A DNA stretch of 64,000 nt from an uncultured Geobacter sp. GTDB lineage: Bacteria; Desulfobacterota; Desulfuromonadia; Geobacterales; Pseudopelobacteraceae. The stretch's first letter is position 1. Every line of letters starts with the position of its first letter. Positions 17,655-27,708 of the stretch are shown piece by piece. Location of the stretch: the NCBI GenBank assembly GCA_964458105.1, contig CAYWJJ010000014.1:7249-71248 (forward strand), read 5' to 3'. Position numbers and translations under genes: made by a program. A model generated the notes under the pieces. The model was not told the origin of the DNA, did no database searches, and saw only the letters and a program-made list of their open reading frames with translations.

Positions 17655-18941
17655 ATGACCACCCTCACCCTCGAACAGCGCCTGGAAATACTGGCCGACA
17701 GCGCCAAGTACGACGTCTCCTGCTCGTCCAGTGGCAGCAATCGCGCCGGTAAAGCGGGCGCTCTCGGCAGCACTGCATCCGGCGGTATCTGCCACACCTG
17801 GACCGCCGACGGCCGCTGCATTTCGCTGCTGAAAATCCTGCTGACCAATGCCTGCATCTACGACTGCGCCTACTGCCTCAACCGCCGTTCCAACGACATC
17901 CCCCGCGCGGCCATGACCCCGGACGAGGTTGTGGAGCTGACGATCAATTTCTACCACCGCAATTATATCGAGGGACTGTTCCTCAGCACCGGAGTTGTAC
18001 GTTCGGCCGATTACACGATGGAGCAGCTGATCGCAGTGGCGCGCCGGCTGCGGGAGGAGGAGCGTTTCAACGGCTATATTCACCTCAAGCTGGTGCCGGG
18101 CGCCGATCCGCTGCTGATCGCCCAGGCCGGCCGCTATGCCGACCGGGTCAGCATCAATATCGAACTGCCCAGCCGCCAGAGCCTGGCGCTGCTGGCGCCG
18201 GACAAGCCGCGCGAAGCGGTGATCGGACCCATGCGCCAGGTCAGCAGCCTGATCGTGGAATCAAAGGAGGCCCGCCAGCAGTCGCGTAAGGCGCCACGCT
18301 TTGCCCCGGCCGGTCAGAGCACCCAGTTGATCGTTGGAGCCACCCCGGAGAGCGACCGCGAGATCATCCTGCTGACGGAAGGGCTTTACAAGCGGCTGGA
18401 ATTGAAGCGGGTCTACTACTCGGCTTTTATCCCGGTGTCCAGCGATAATCGCCTGCCGGCGCTTCCCACTCCGCCGCTTTTGCGGGAACATCGCCTGTAT
18501 CAGGCTGACTGGTTGCTGCGCTTCTACGGTTTTGCCGCCCATGAATTGCTGGACGAGGGGCGCCCCAATCTGGATATGCGCTTTGACCCGAAGAGCGACT
18601 GGGCCCTGCGGCATCTGGAGCTGTTCCCGGTGGAGGTCAATCGGGCCGATTACGAGGTCCTGCTGCGGGTGCCGGGAGTTGGCGTACGTTCCGCCCAGCG
18701 CATCGTGCAGGCCCGGCGCGGCACACGCCTGGGTGAGGCCGAGTTGAAAAAGCTGGGGGTGGTGCTGAAACGTGCCAGATATTTCCTGACGGCGGGCGGA
18801 CGCTATCTGGGCGGCATCAGGCTGGACGGGCCGCGTCTGATCGAGCGGTTGCTGGCGCCGGTGAGGCGCCCGGCGCGACTGGACCAGTTGGAGCTGTTTG
18901 CATCTGTGCCGGATGTTTCGGCAGTGACGGGGGAGTTGTGA
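17655..18941 (+). CDS. Putative DNA modification/repair radical SAM protein (TIGR03916-like)
   Basis: MTTLTLEQRLEILADSAKYDVSC start. CIYDCAYC radical-SAM motif. The C-terminal LLRVPGVGVRSAQRIV is helix-hairpin-helix-like. It is paired with a DUF4130-like ORF. Confidence 0.8.
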   Translation: MTTLTLEQRLEILADSAKYDVSCSSSGSNRAGKAGALGSTASGGICHTWTADGRCISLLKILLTNACIYDCAYCLNRRSNDIPRAAMTPDEVVELTINFYHRNYIEGLFLSTGVVRSADYTMEQLIAVARRLREEERFNGYIHLKLVPGADPLLIAQAGRYADRVSINIELPSRQSLALLAPDKPREAVIGPMRQVSSLIVESKEARQQSRKAPRFAPAGQSTQLIVGATPESDREIILLTEGLYKRLELKRVYYSAFIPVSSDNRLPALPTPPLLREHRLYQADWLLRFYGFAAHELLDEGRPNLDMRFDPKSDWALRHLELFPVEVNRADYEVLLRVPGVGVRSAQRIVQARRGTRLGEAELKKLGVVLKRARYFLTAGGRYLGGIRLDGPRLIERLLAPVRRPARLDQLELFASVPDVSAVTGEL

Positions 18942-19702
18942 CGGTCTATCGCTTCGACGGCAGCTTTGAGGGGTTTATCTGTGCAGTTGTTGCCTGCCTG
19001 GAACAGGGGGAGGGACACCCGGAATTCGTGCGGGATCGTGATGATCATGTTGCGGGGCTCTTTGCCGGAGAAATCCGTGACGTGGCATCTGTACGGCAAA
19101 CGGCGTTGGAGTTCAGGAACAGGTTTGTTAAAACCGTGTCACAGCCGGCTTTTGCCACGGCGCGCTACGCTTTCCACAGTCAGAAGGAAGGTGTCGAGCA
19201 GTTGGTGTGGCGTTACCTGATACTGGGGCTGCAGGTGGGGCCGCGGCTGGCCGGGATGCTGGCGCTGGAACCGGTGCATTCGATCAACCGGATAGCGCGG
19301 CAGGTTTCGCATGAGGCGCACAAATTCAAGGGTTTCGTTCGGTTCAGCGAAGTTGCCGACGGGTTTCTGTATGCCCGGATTGAGCCGCAGGCCGATGTTC
19401 TGCCGCTGATCGCTCCCCATTTTGTCGGGCGGGTCGGCGATCGCCCCTGGATGATCCATGACCTCCGCCGCAGTCAGGCCGCGATTTTTGATCTGAAGTC
19501 ATGGCGGCTGGTTGGGGGTATCGTGCTGACCGCCGAGCCGGGCATGAGCGAGGCCGAACATGAGTATGCCGCCCTGTGGCAGCGCTATTTTCAGCGCCAC
19601 GCCATTACAGAGCGGCATAATCCCAATCTGCAGCAAAAACATGTTCCGCTGCGTTATCGCAAGCATCTGATGGAGTTCAATACCAAGTTCGATCCACTTT
19701 GA
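18938..19702 (+). CDS. DUF4130 / TIGR03915-like putative DNA-repair partner protein
   Basis: GTGA overlap with the radical SAM gene. The ~254-aa protein has ..KF.GF.RF.......Y..I.P...VLPL...HF..R ... W.I.D motifs typical of the conserved partner. Confidence 0.7.
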   Translation: MTVYRFDGSFEGFICAVVACLEQGEGHPEFVRDRDDHVAGLFAGEIRDVASVRQTALEFRNRFVKTVSQPAFATARYAFHSQKEGVEQLVWRYLILGLQVGPRLAGMLALEPVHSINRIARQVSHEAHKFKGFVRFSEVADGFLYARIEPQADVLPLIAPHFVGRVGDRPWMIHDLRRSQAAIFDLKSWRLVGGIVLTAEPGMSEAEHEYAALWQRYFQRHAITERHNPNLQQKHVPLRYRKHLMEFNTKFDPL

Positions 19703-19718
19703 TCAAAGTGAATGGTGA

Positions 19719-21380
19719 TTACAACCCGGTGATTTCCCGATCCTTCGGATATTCGACGACAATACCGAAGGTCAATTCCTGCTTCTCTCCCGGCTGGAGC
19801 GGGGTCTTCCAGGCCAGCGTGCCGTCGCTTTTGATCTGATCCGGTTTGATGGACGGGTCATCCAGCGAGACCTTGATCTCTTCATCACCGGCCAGTGGCA
19901 GTTGATCGCGCAGGGTTACCGTCAGCGCTTCCTTGCGCAGGTTGGTCAACTGTATGCGATAACGGTAGCTGACGCGGTTCTTGCCGAATATGCCGGCTTC
20001 CTTGTGCTGCTTCAGCTCCTCACGCTTGACCGTCACCTGGTCGTCGGTACCGAAGAACAGGTCGAACTTCTCCCCCATGGCGACCTTTTTCAGTTGGGAG
20101 CTGCCGGTATAGGTATTGCCGGCAAAAGTATTGACTTTGCCCGGCAGGAGCGGGTAGGAAGCCCGGTTGATGATCTCCGACTTGAGAAACACATGGGGTG
20201 AGAGTTTCGGAACCGCCATGAACTCGATGCTGACCGGCAGCTTTTCCATGGCCACTACGCTGCCGTGCTGGCTGCCGTCAGCAGGGATATCAAGCGGACG
20301 GGGGATCTGAAAGGCAACCGAGGATTGCTCGTCGCTGATCCGGGAGGTCTCAAAGGCTGCCGGTGCCTCTTCGGCCAGCGAGCCGTCAGCCCCGGCGCTT
20401 CCGTACATCTGCGCAGCCTTTGCCCTGGCCGGTGCGGGGGCGGCACCCACCATCATTCTCGGTGCCGGCATTGGCGGCTGCGGACGGAAAAAAGCCACGC
20501 GCCAGGGGTACAGCTCGGGGGGGGCGCCTCCGCTGGCGGGGCGGGCGGTGGAAAGTGTCAGATCGACATTGTTCCAATCCTCCCCGGTCTGCTGGCGCAC
20601 CATGGCCCGGAAGGTCAATTCGGCCGTTTTTGCATCAGGCGCCAGCCGCACATCATAGGCCGGCTCCCAACCGGCCCGGGGAGTGATTGAAGCAAGCTCA
20701 ATAGTCAAGCTCCCTTCGCGTGCCACATTCACCGCCACCTCGACACTTTTGACCTCTTTCCGGCCTGAACCGGCGGCTTCGTCCCGCTGACGGCGGAGGG
20801 CGTCGATTTTGTCCTTGACGCTCTTCTTTTCGAACTCGATTTCGCGGCTCTGTTCTTCGGCTTTAGTGACCCCCGCACCGATAAAACTGGAGGCGTCCGT
20901 CAGTTCGGCCGAGGTGGGGCGGCCGACGGCCAGCTCTTTGGAGATGCGCTCGCCCCAGGCTACACGGATCGATTCGAGAAAGGCTTTTTGTGAAGATATG
21001 CCCGCATTCTTCGCATCCAGCGAACCGGAACGCCTTTCCAGCCCGCTAATTTCCTCGTCAAGTTCCTTGACCCGTTTTTCGCCGCTCCGTTCCAGGAAAT
21101 TCCGTTTGATCTCCAAACCGGCTATCGTTGCATCGGCGGTCCCCTTGGCCTCAACACGCACCGAGTCATCCAGGATCAGCGTCGGAAGGGCTTCGAAGGC
21201 GATCAGGTAACTGCCCGGCTTGAGGTTTAGTGCGGCGCTGCGGGAGGTCATGGCGCGGTCGCTGTAGACCGTGACGGAGGTTATGCGTGAAGAGGCCTGT
21301 ATCCGCTTAAGGTTGGCGGATACGGCCAGGGTTGGGAGCAACAGGAGTGTCAGCAGGAAAACAAAACGCAGGATCTTCAT
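19719..21380 (-). CDS. DUF4140/DUF4139 (mucoidy-inhibitor MuiA-like, TIGR02231-like) secreted protein
   Basis: Signal peptide. N-terminal ..VTVYSDRA...R.A...L.PG...I.F..LP..I..DS.RV..G, a central coiled coil, and a C-terminal beta-rich domain. Confidence 0.7.
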   Translation of the reverse strand: MKILRFVFLLTLLLLPTLAVSANLKRIQASSRITSVTVYSDRAMTSRSAALNLKPGSYLIAFEALPTLILDDSVRVEAKGTADATIAGLEIKRNFLERSGEKRVKELDEEISGLERRSGSLDAKNAGISSQKAFLESIRVAWGERISKELAVGRPTSAELTDASSFIGAGVTKAEEQSREIEFEKKSVKDKIDALRRQRDEAAGSGRKEVKSVEVAVNVAREGSLTIELASITPRAGWEPAYDVRLAPDAKTAELTFRAMVRQQTGEDWNNVDLTLSTARPASGGAPPELYPWRVAFFRPQPPMPAPRMMVGAAPAPARAKAAQMYGSAGADGSLAEEAPAAFETSRISDEQSSVAFQIPRPLDIPADGSQHGSVVAMEKLPVSIEFMAVPKLSPHVFLKSEIINRASYPLLPGKVNTFAGNTYTGSSQLKKVAMGEKFDLFFGTDDQVTVKREELKQHKEAGIFGKNRVSYRYRIQLTNLRKEALTVTLRDQLPLAGDEEIKVSLDDPSIKPDQIKSDGTLAWKTPLQPGEKQELTFGIVVEYPKDREITGL

Positions 21381-21410
21381 GGCGGAGCTCCTTATGGATT
21401 GATATTTATG

Positions 21411-22025
21411 CTATCTGCTTCCTTTTGAGGGTGGGCGAGTACTGTCGCCTGTTTTTCTGCCGGCGGCGGGACGCCCGCTCTTCGGCGGCCGGCCGGCTAC
21501 TGCCGGTCGCTCGCTTCTGACGGAATCTTTAGCCTCGGTTGGTCGTCCCGGCCTTGCCGATTCTTTAGCCGCGGCCGGTCGTCCGAATCGCACGGCCTCT
21601 TTTGCTGCGGAAGAGCGTCCGGTTTTGGCGTGCTCCTTGGCAACGTCAGGCCGGCTGCTCTTTTTGGCGCTTCCGGCTCCAGCCGGACGTTCGTTCCTGA
21701 CAGCATCCTTAGCCGCTGCCGGACGTGGGCCGCCGGTCGGTTTTCGCCTGACGCCGGCGGTCTTTGGGGGGCGGTCCTTCTGCGGTTTGGCAATGCTGAC
21801 AACTATGCAGCGGTCAATCAGATAGGTGCCGTCCAGGGTCTCGACCACCTCTTCAAGGTTGACTTCCGAGAGCATTCTGACATAGCCGCAGCGTTTGAAT
21901 TCGCCCGTATCCTGGTCAACGATCAGGTGTACCGACGTGACCGGCCCCATCAATGAAAAAAGTTTGCGCAGGTCCTCTTCGGTGGCCTGTTCTGAAATGT
22001 GTCCGACGTATAGCTCTTTGGCCAT
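21411..22025 (-). CDS. RRM-domain RNA-binding protein with a long basic repeat tail
   Basis: The N-terminal ~85 aa contain RNP-like motifs (LYVGHIS; CGYVRM). The C-terminal ~120 aa are Arg/Pro/Ala/Lys-rich repeats. Confidence 0.8.
   Translation of the reverse strand: MAKELYVGHISEQATEEDLRKLFSLMGPVTSVHLIVDQDTGEFKRCGYVRMLSEVNLEEVVETLDGTYLIDRCIVVSIAKPQKDRPPKTAGVRRKPTGGPRPAAAKDAVRNERPAGAGSAKKSSRPDVAKEHAKTGRSSAAKEAVRFGRPAAAKESARPGRPTEAKDSVRSERPAVAGRPPKSGRPAAGRKTGDSTRPPSKGSR
21414..21725 (-). repeat. About 8.7 tandem 36-nt (12-codon) repeats encoding RPxxAKxxxRxG units
   Basis: Contiguous units: RPAAAKDAVRNE / RPAGAGSAKKSS / RPDVAKEHAKTG / RSSAAKEAVRFG / RPAAAKESARPG / RPTEAKDSVRSE / RPAVAGRPPKSG / RPAAGRKTGDST / RPPSKGSR. 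Confidence 0.8.
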
Positions 22026-22042
22026 AATGACTTCCTTTGTTG

Positions 22043-22807
22043 TTATTTCGGTTTGCGATTAATCGCGAATGGTCCCCAGGTTTGGTCGATCGACATCAGT
22101 TCCAGGGTGTTGACGTTGACATGCGGCGGCTGGCTGACGATCCAGCGGACGGTTTCGGCGATGTCATCCGCGGTCAATGGATCGGTTCCCTGGTAAACGC
22201 CGGCGGCCTGTTCGTCATTGCCTTTGAAGCGAACAGTTGAAAACTCGGTCTCGGCCATGCCCGGCTGGATGCAGCTTACCCGCACCCGAGTCCCGAGCAG
22301 GTCGGCCCTCAGATTGCGCGAAAACTGGGTGACGAAGGCCTTGGTGCCGCCGTAGACATTGCCGCCCGGATAGGGCCAGGCTCCGGCGGTTGAGCTGATG
22401 TTGACTATATGGCCGCGATTGCGGGCCACCATGCCCGGCAGTACGAAACGGGTGCAGTACATCAGTCCCTTGATGTTGGTGTCGACCATTGTGTCCCAGT
22501 CGTCCAGATCCGCCTGGTGGGCCGGTTCCAGCCCCAGTGCCAGGCCGGCGTTGTTGATCAGCAGATCAACGGCACGGAAGCGCTCCGGCAGGGACTCCAC
22601 GGCGCCCTGTACCGCCTCGCGATCCCGCACATCCAGCGGTATGAGGTGTACCTCCGCTGCTGTGCCAAATTCTTCCTGCAGTTTCAGCAGCGGATCGATG
22701 CGGCGGGCGGTCAGAATCAGGCGGTTTCCGTTTGTAGCAAAGATGCGGGCGCAGGCAGCGCCGAAGCCGGCCGACGCGCCGGTGATGAATATGGTTTTGC
22801 TGTCCAT
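22043..22807 (-). CDS. ydfG: NADP-dependent 3-hydroxy acid dehydrogenase-like SDR (YdfG family)
   Basis: I prefer the start at MDSKTIFITGASAGFG (22807). The motifs LINNAGLALG.EPAH, NISSTAG.WPY.GGNVYG.TKAF and VN.NTLE.M closely resemble E. coli YdfG. Confidence 0.85.
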   Translation of the reverse strand: MDSKTIFITGASAGFGAACARIFATNGNRLILTARRIDPLLKLQEEFGTAAEVHLIPLDVRDREAVQGAVESLPERFRAVDLLINNAGLALGLEPAHQADLDDWDTMVDTNIKGLMYCTRFVLPGMVARNRGHIVNISSTAGAWPYPGGNVYGGTKAFVTQFSRNLRADLLGTRVRVSCIQPGMAETEFSTVRFKGNDEQAAGVYQGTDPLTADDIAETVRWIVSQPPHVNVNTLELMSIDQTWGPFAINRKPK

Positions 22808-22863
22808 GCTGTTCCCTCCCTGTTGTCGACCAGACTGAAGCTTGATAGCTTCCATGTCCGGAA

Positions 22864-23742
22864 TTATAATAGCCGGTTTATCTCCGACATTATCTGATCC
22901 AGTTCAATTCCCCGCAGTGCGCAGAGGTCAAGCAGCTCTTCCGGCAGTGGTGCGCAGACCTTCAGCGGTCCGGCCTCCGGCCTGACCAGAACGGTGCGGA
23001 ATGAATGCAGAGCAAAGCCCGGCAGGTCGGGCAAGTCACCGCCGCCATAACGTTTGTCTGCAATAACCGGGTGCCCGATCATCGAGAGATGGCGGCGGAT
23101 CTGGTGCATGCGGCCGCTGATCGGCGTGACCGCCAGTAATGCGCAGGCATCACCCCGCAGAATGGTCCGGAAGCCGGTTTCGGATTCCTTGTCATCCAGG
23201 GGTTCGCTAATCGTGCCGCTGTTTTCCGGCTGCCCTGCCGCCAGCGCCAGATAAAGCTTGTCCAGGCCGCTTTCCTTTACCTGGCGGCCATAGATCCCAG
23301 CCGAACTGGAACTCTTGGCCATGATCACCGTTCCGGATGTTCCACGGTCCAGGCGGTTGACCGGATAGAGCTTGCAGGGCGTGTTCCGGCCGGTCATGTA
23401 GGACTGCCCGAAATCGACCAGGTTTCCCTCCATTTCGGCGGTGCGGTGCATCGGCAATCCGGAAGGTTTATTGACGATCACAATCTGATCATCCTCGTAG
23501 AGTATGTCCAGTTCCGGTCTGGCGGCTGAGATGAGTCCGGTTGTGGTGCCACTTTCCTTGAGGGTTACGGAGTCGTGGAGGGCAAGCAGCGTATCGTGGC
23601 TCGTGACGGCACCGTTCAGCCTGGCGGCACCGCTTTTGATAAGTTTGCGGGCATAGCCGGGGGGCGCGGCCGGCATCACTGTTCGCAGAAAGCTTTCCAG
23701 CCGCCGGCAATGATCCTGGTGGGTAATGTCAAAGGTCAGCAT
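22864..23742 (-). CDS. RluA-family pseudouridine synthase with an N-terminal S4-like domain
   Basis: Motifs VNKPSGLPMH, NRLDRGTSGTVIMAK and HQIRRHL..IGHPV..D..YG. Confidence 0.85.
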   Translation of the reverse strand: MLTFDITHQDHCRRLESFLRTVMPAAPPGYARKLIKSGAARLNGAVTSHDTLLALHDSVTLKESGTTTGLISAARPELDILYEDDQIVIVNKPSGLPMHRTAEMEGNLVDFGQSYMTGRNTPCKLYPVNRLDRGTSGTVIMAKSSSSAGIYGRQVKESGLDKLYLALAAGQPENSGTISEPLDDKESETGFRTILRGDACALLAVTPISGRMHQIRRHLSMIGHPVIADKRYGGGDLPDLPGFALHSFRTVLVRPEAGPLKVCAPLPEELLDLCALRGIELDQIMSEINRLL

Positions 23743-23761
23743 AAGTTCTTGGGGGGAATGT

Positions 23762-23959
23762 TCAGGCGAGCGATATTCCGCGATCTCGCATCAGGTTTAC
23801 GAGCGAACGGTCGAAACTCATTTCGCCGGCTGGAGTGAACATGCAGCCGGTAGCCTCGTCACGCTCGCGGTGATAGGCGACACACTGGCAGCAGTTGCCC
23901 CGGCGGGAGCAGGATGATTGGGTGCATTTGCAGTCTTTACCGGTTCTTGTACATGACAT
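23762..23959 (-). CDS. Small Cys-rich protein (DUF6485-like)
   Basis: 65 aa with AGGAG 7 nt before the ATG. The pattern C.C....C.R.G.CC.CV.YHR.R.....C.F resembles a conserved small Cys-rich family; that family assignment is from memory. Confidence 0.55.
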   Translation of the reverse strand: MSCTRTGKDCKCTQSSCSRRGNCCQCVAYHRERDEATGCMFTPAGEMSFDRSLVNLMRDRGISLA

Positions 23960-24033
23960 TGCAAGTCTCCTGGGGTGGTTAGGCCGGTATCCGGCGAGCG
24001 TCTTGTCGGAGCATGATAATGGAGCCGCCCGGG

Positions 24034-24963
24034 TTATACCACTATCCGGTCGTCCTTGTAGCCGGCGTTTACCTCCAGCGCTTCGTTCATCGAACGGATG
24101 GCAACTTCCAGCTGGCTGTCATCGGGCTCGCGGGTGGTCAGGCGCTGCAGGCTGAGTCCGGGAGCGATTACCATCTTTACCAGCGGATGATTTTCGTTCG
24201 CTGCGCTCCATTTCAAAAACTCGTAGGAGATGCCGGCGATCATCGGCAGCAGGAAGATGCGCGAGCCGGCCTTGAGATAGAACGGCCAGAGTTTCGGTAT
24301 CAGCGAGAATACGGCGATACTGACCAGCATGACGATCAGCAGGAAACTGGTGCCGCAGCGCGGGTGCAGGCGGCTGTAGCGGCGAACGTTTTCAATCGTC
24401 ATTTCTTCGCCGGCTTCGAAGGCGAAAATCGATTTGTGCTCGGCGCCGTGATATTGAAAGACCCGCTGGATATCGCTCATGCGCGATATAGCCCAGATGT
24501 AGGCCAGAAACACGATTACCCGGATGACGCCGTCCACCAGGTTGAAGATTATGTTGTTGTCGCCGATGACCGGGGTCATCAGTTTGGTCAGGTAGAGCGG
24601 GAACAGGAAAAACAGGCAGATACCGAAGCCGAAGGCGACCGTCATGGTGCCGGCCATGGCCCACGAGGAAAGCTCTCCGCCACCCTCCTTGACCCCTTCC
24701 TTGTCCTTTTCTTCTTCGGTCATCGCTTCGTTGGCCGAGAAATTGAGGGCCTTGATGCCGATGATCAGCGATGTGAACAGCGCCACCGCGCCGCGAATGA
24801 TCGGGAGTTTGACGATTGGAAAGCGTTCGGAGAGCGGTATGGCCAGCTCTTTTTTGACGACTATCTCTCCGTCGGGGCGGCGAACCGCAATGGCAATCGC
24901 GCGCGGGGCCCGCATCATGACCCCTTCGATGACCGCCTGGCCGCCAACGTGTATCTTATCCAT
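24034..24963 (-). CDS. DUF1385 (YqhQ-like) membrane protein
   Basis: I prefer the start at MDKIHVGGQAVIEGVMMR (24963). The motif GAEHK is present. This family is typically found near rpmE/prfA. Confidence 0.8.
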   Translation of the reverse strand: MDKIHVGGQAVIEGVMMRAPRAIAIAVRRPDGEIVVKKELAIPLSERFPIVKLPIIRGAVALFTSLIIGIKALNFSANEAMTEEEKDKEGVKEGGGELSSWAMAGTMTVAFGFGICLFFLFPLYLTKLMTPVIGDNNIIFNLVDGVIRVIVFLAYIWAISRMSDIQRVFQYHGAEHKSIFAFEAGEEMTIENVRRYSRLHPRCGTSFLLIVMLVSIAVFSLIPKLWPFYLKAGSRIFLLPMIAGISYEFLKWSAANENHPLVKMVIAPGLSLQRLTTREPDDSQLEVAIRSMNEALEVNAGYKDDRIVV

Positions 24964-25025
24964 GGATTCCTTTCGTGGGGACAACACGTATGGTTGCCCT
25001 TATGGACGGCTACACGGAGCCGCCC

Positions 25026-25721
25026 CTACACCAGATTCTTGTAAAACTCGCGCACTTCCTGAGTCTGTCCGCAGCAGAACTTTCCTTCCGGACAGGGACC
25101 GCCGACGCAGCCCGGGCCGGCTTCGCGGAAGATGACCGGAGCCACCTGCCTGACCAGCCGCAGCATCTCAATGCTCATCTGGCGGATTTCCCACTGGGCC
25201 CTCTGGCAGCAGCGCAATGCGAAGAAATGCAGCAGTTCGCGGGCATTCATGGTCATGATGATTTTTGTCTCGGTTGCGTTGGGCAGTATGTAGCGCGCAT
25301 CCTCAGCCGGTATTCCCATCTCGACCAATTGGGCGTAGGCTTTGTGTACGGTTTCGGACATGAACGCAAAAATCTGGCGCGCTTCCGGGTTTTCGGCGAT
25401 GGTGTCCGGCATGATCGAGGTGAACTCATCCTTGTGAGACACGTAGCGCTGCGATTGCTGCGAGAATGATGCGATCCGGTGGCGTACCAGCTGATGCGTG
25501 GTCACCCGCGATATGCCCTCGATACCGAAGGTAAATGAGGCATGTTCCAGTACCGAGTGGTGTCCCAGCGACATGATCTTGTCCAGAAACGCCTCAATGT
25601 CGGAAGCTGCCAGTTTTTCACGCAGATCATTGATGGAAGTCGGCGAATAGCATAGCCGGGCAGCCAGAGCCACGGTGCTTTCGGGATTGGGGGTGTGTTC
25701 GATAAGTGTGACGTTGTTCAT
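25026..25721 (-). CDS. thyX: FAD-dependent thymidylate synthase
   Basis: I prefer the start at MNNVTLIEH (25721). ThyX signature QLVRHRIASFSQQSQRY (RHR..S....S.R). Confidence 0.85.
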   Translation of the reverse strand: MNNVTLIEHTPNPESTVALAARLCYSPTSINDLREKLAASDIEAFLDKIMSLGHHSVLEHASFTFGIEGISRVTTHQLVRHRIASFSQQSQRYVSHKDEFTSIMPDTIAENPEARQIFAFMSETVHKAYAQLVEMGIPAEDARYILPNATETKIIMTMNARELLHFFALRCCQRAQWEIRQMSIEMLRLVRQVAPVIFREAGPGCVGGPCPEGKFCCGQTQEVREFYKNLV

Positions 25722-25805
25722 AGTGCCCTGGCGCGAGCCATGTTCAGGGAGTACACAGTAATGTTCTGAATCTGGTACGCTTTGAATTGGAGAATGTGAT
25801 GATGC

Positions 25806-25838
25806 AAAAAAAGGGGATTTGCCTTGAGACAAACCCCC
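25806..25838 (-). terminator. Rho-independent terminator after rpmE
   Basis: The minus strand reads ggggggtttg-tctcaagg-caaatcccc followed by ttttttt (one bulged base in the stem). Confidence 0.6.
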
Positions 25839-25862
25839 CTAGTGTGTCTGCGCAACGGCTTG

Positions 25863-26063
25863 TCAGACCTGGCCGTAACGTCTTTTGAAGCGCTCAACAC
25901 GGCCGGCGGTGTCAATCAGTTTCTGCTTGCCGGTGTAGAATGGATGGCAGGCCGAGCAGATCTCGGTATTGATCTCTTTTTTCGTGGATCGTGTCAGAAA
26001 TGTGTTTCCGCAGATGCAGCTAACGGTTACCTCGGAATACAGTGGGTGAATGCCTTCTTTCAT
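25863..26063 (-). CDS. rpmE: 50S ribosomal protein L31 (Cys-containing, Zn-ribbon type)
   Basis: MKEGIHP.Y.....C.CGN.F.......[24 protein letters not shown]. Confidence 0.95.
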   Translation of the reverse strand: MKEGIHPLYSEVTVSCICGNTFLTRSTKKEINTEICSACHPFYTGKQKLIDTAGRVERFKRRYGQV

Positions 26064-26167
26064 CTCTTCCTCCTTCAGTCTTGCTTTAAAGCGTTAAATT
26101 GATTCGATATGAGCAGTAACATGCAATCGTAGCGATTTGGGCGAATTTTTGCAACCATTTTATTTAA

Positions 26168-27415
<1,248 letters not shown>

Positions 27416-27708
27416 CTGTTCTCCTGCGTGAAGTCGTTAACGATATTAGATCGCAATGTGATCCTGATTAGTACTTTAGGTATAATTCTCGAAAAGAGCC
27501 TTTAAGGGGTATATAGGGGAGTATGCCGGAAATGTCCTATTCTCTGAGTGTATATTTGGATTATTACCGAGGTTAGTTAATGCAGCATGTTGAGAAATGT
27601 ATAAGGGATTTCTACTCGAATACCGGAATATCTACTTGAGGTTTGGTAAAGTTACATTTTGTCTCTTGGGCTTGTCAATAAAAAACAGCACGAGTTACCG
27701 TTAAAAAT
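27416..27708 (-). promoter_or_regulatory. Long AT-rich rho promoter/leader region
   Basis: This 293-bp non-coding gap upstream of rho is much more AT-rich than the flanking genes. No ORF or recognisable RNA gene is present. Confidence 0.3.

Noticed and set aside
19695-19710. Perfect 16-bp palindrome CACTTTGATCAAAGTG between convergent genes, as a bidirectional terminator
   Set aside because: The stem is only 6 bp around a GATC loop, with no flanking T/A tracts. It overlaps the stop codon of the DUF4130 gene. This is too weak to call.
24013-25044. 343-aa plus-strand ORF overlapping the DUF1385 gene
   Set aside because: It is antisense to a gene with clear family motifs. It is highly charged and low complexity, with no RBS. 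It is a shadow ORF.
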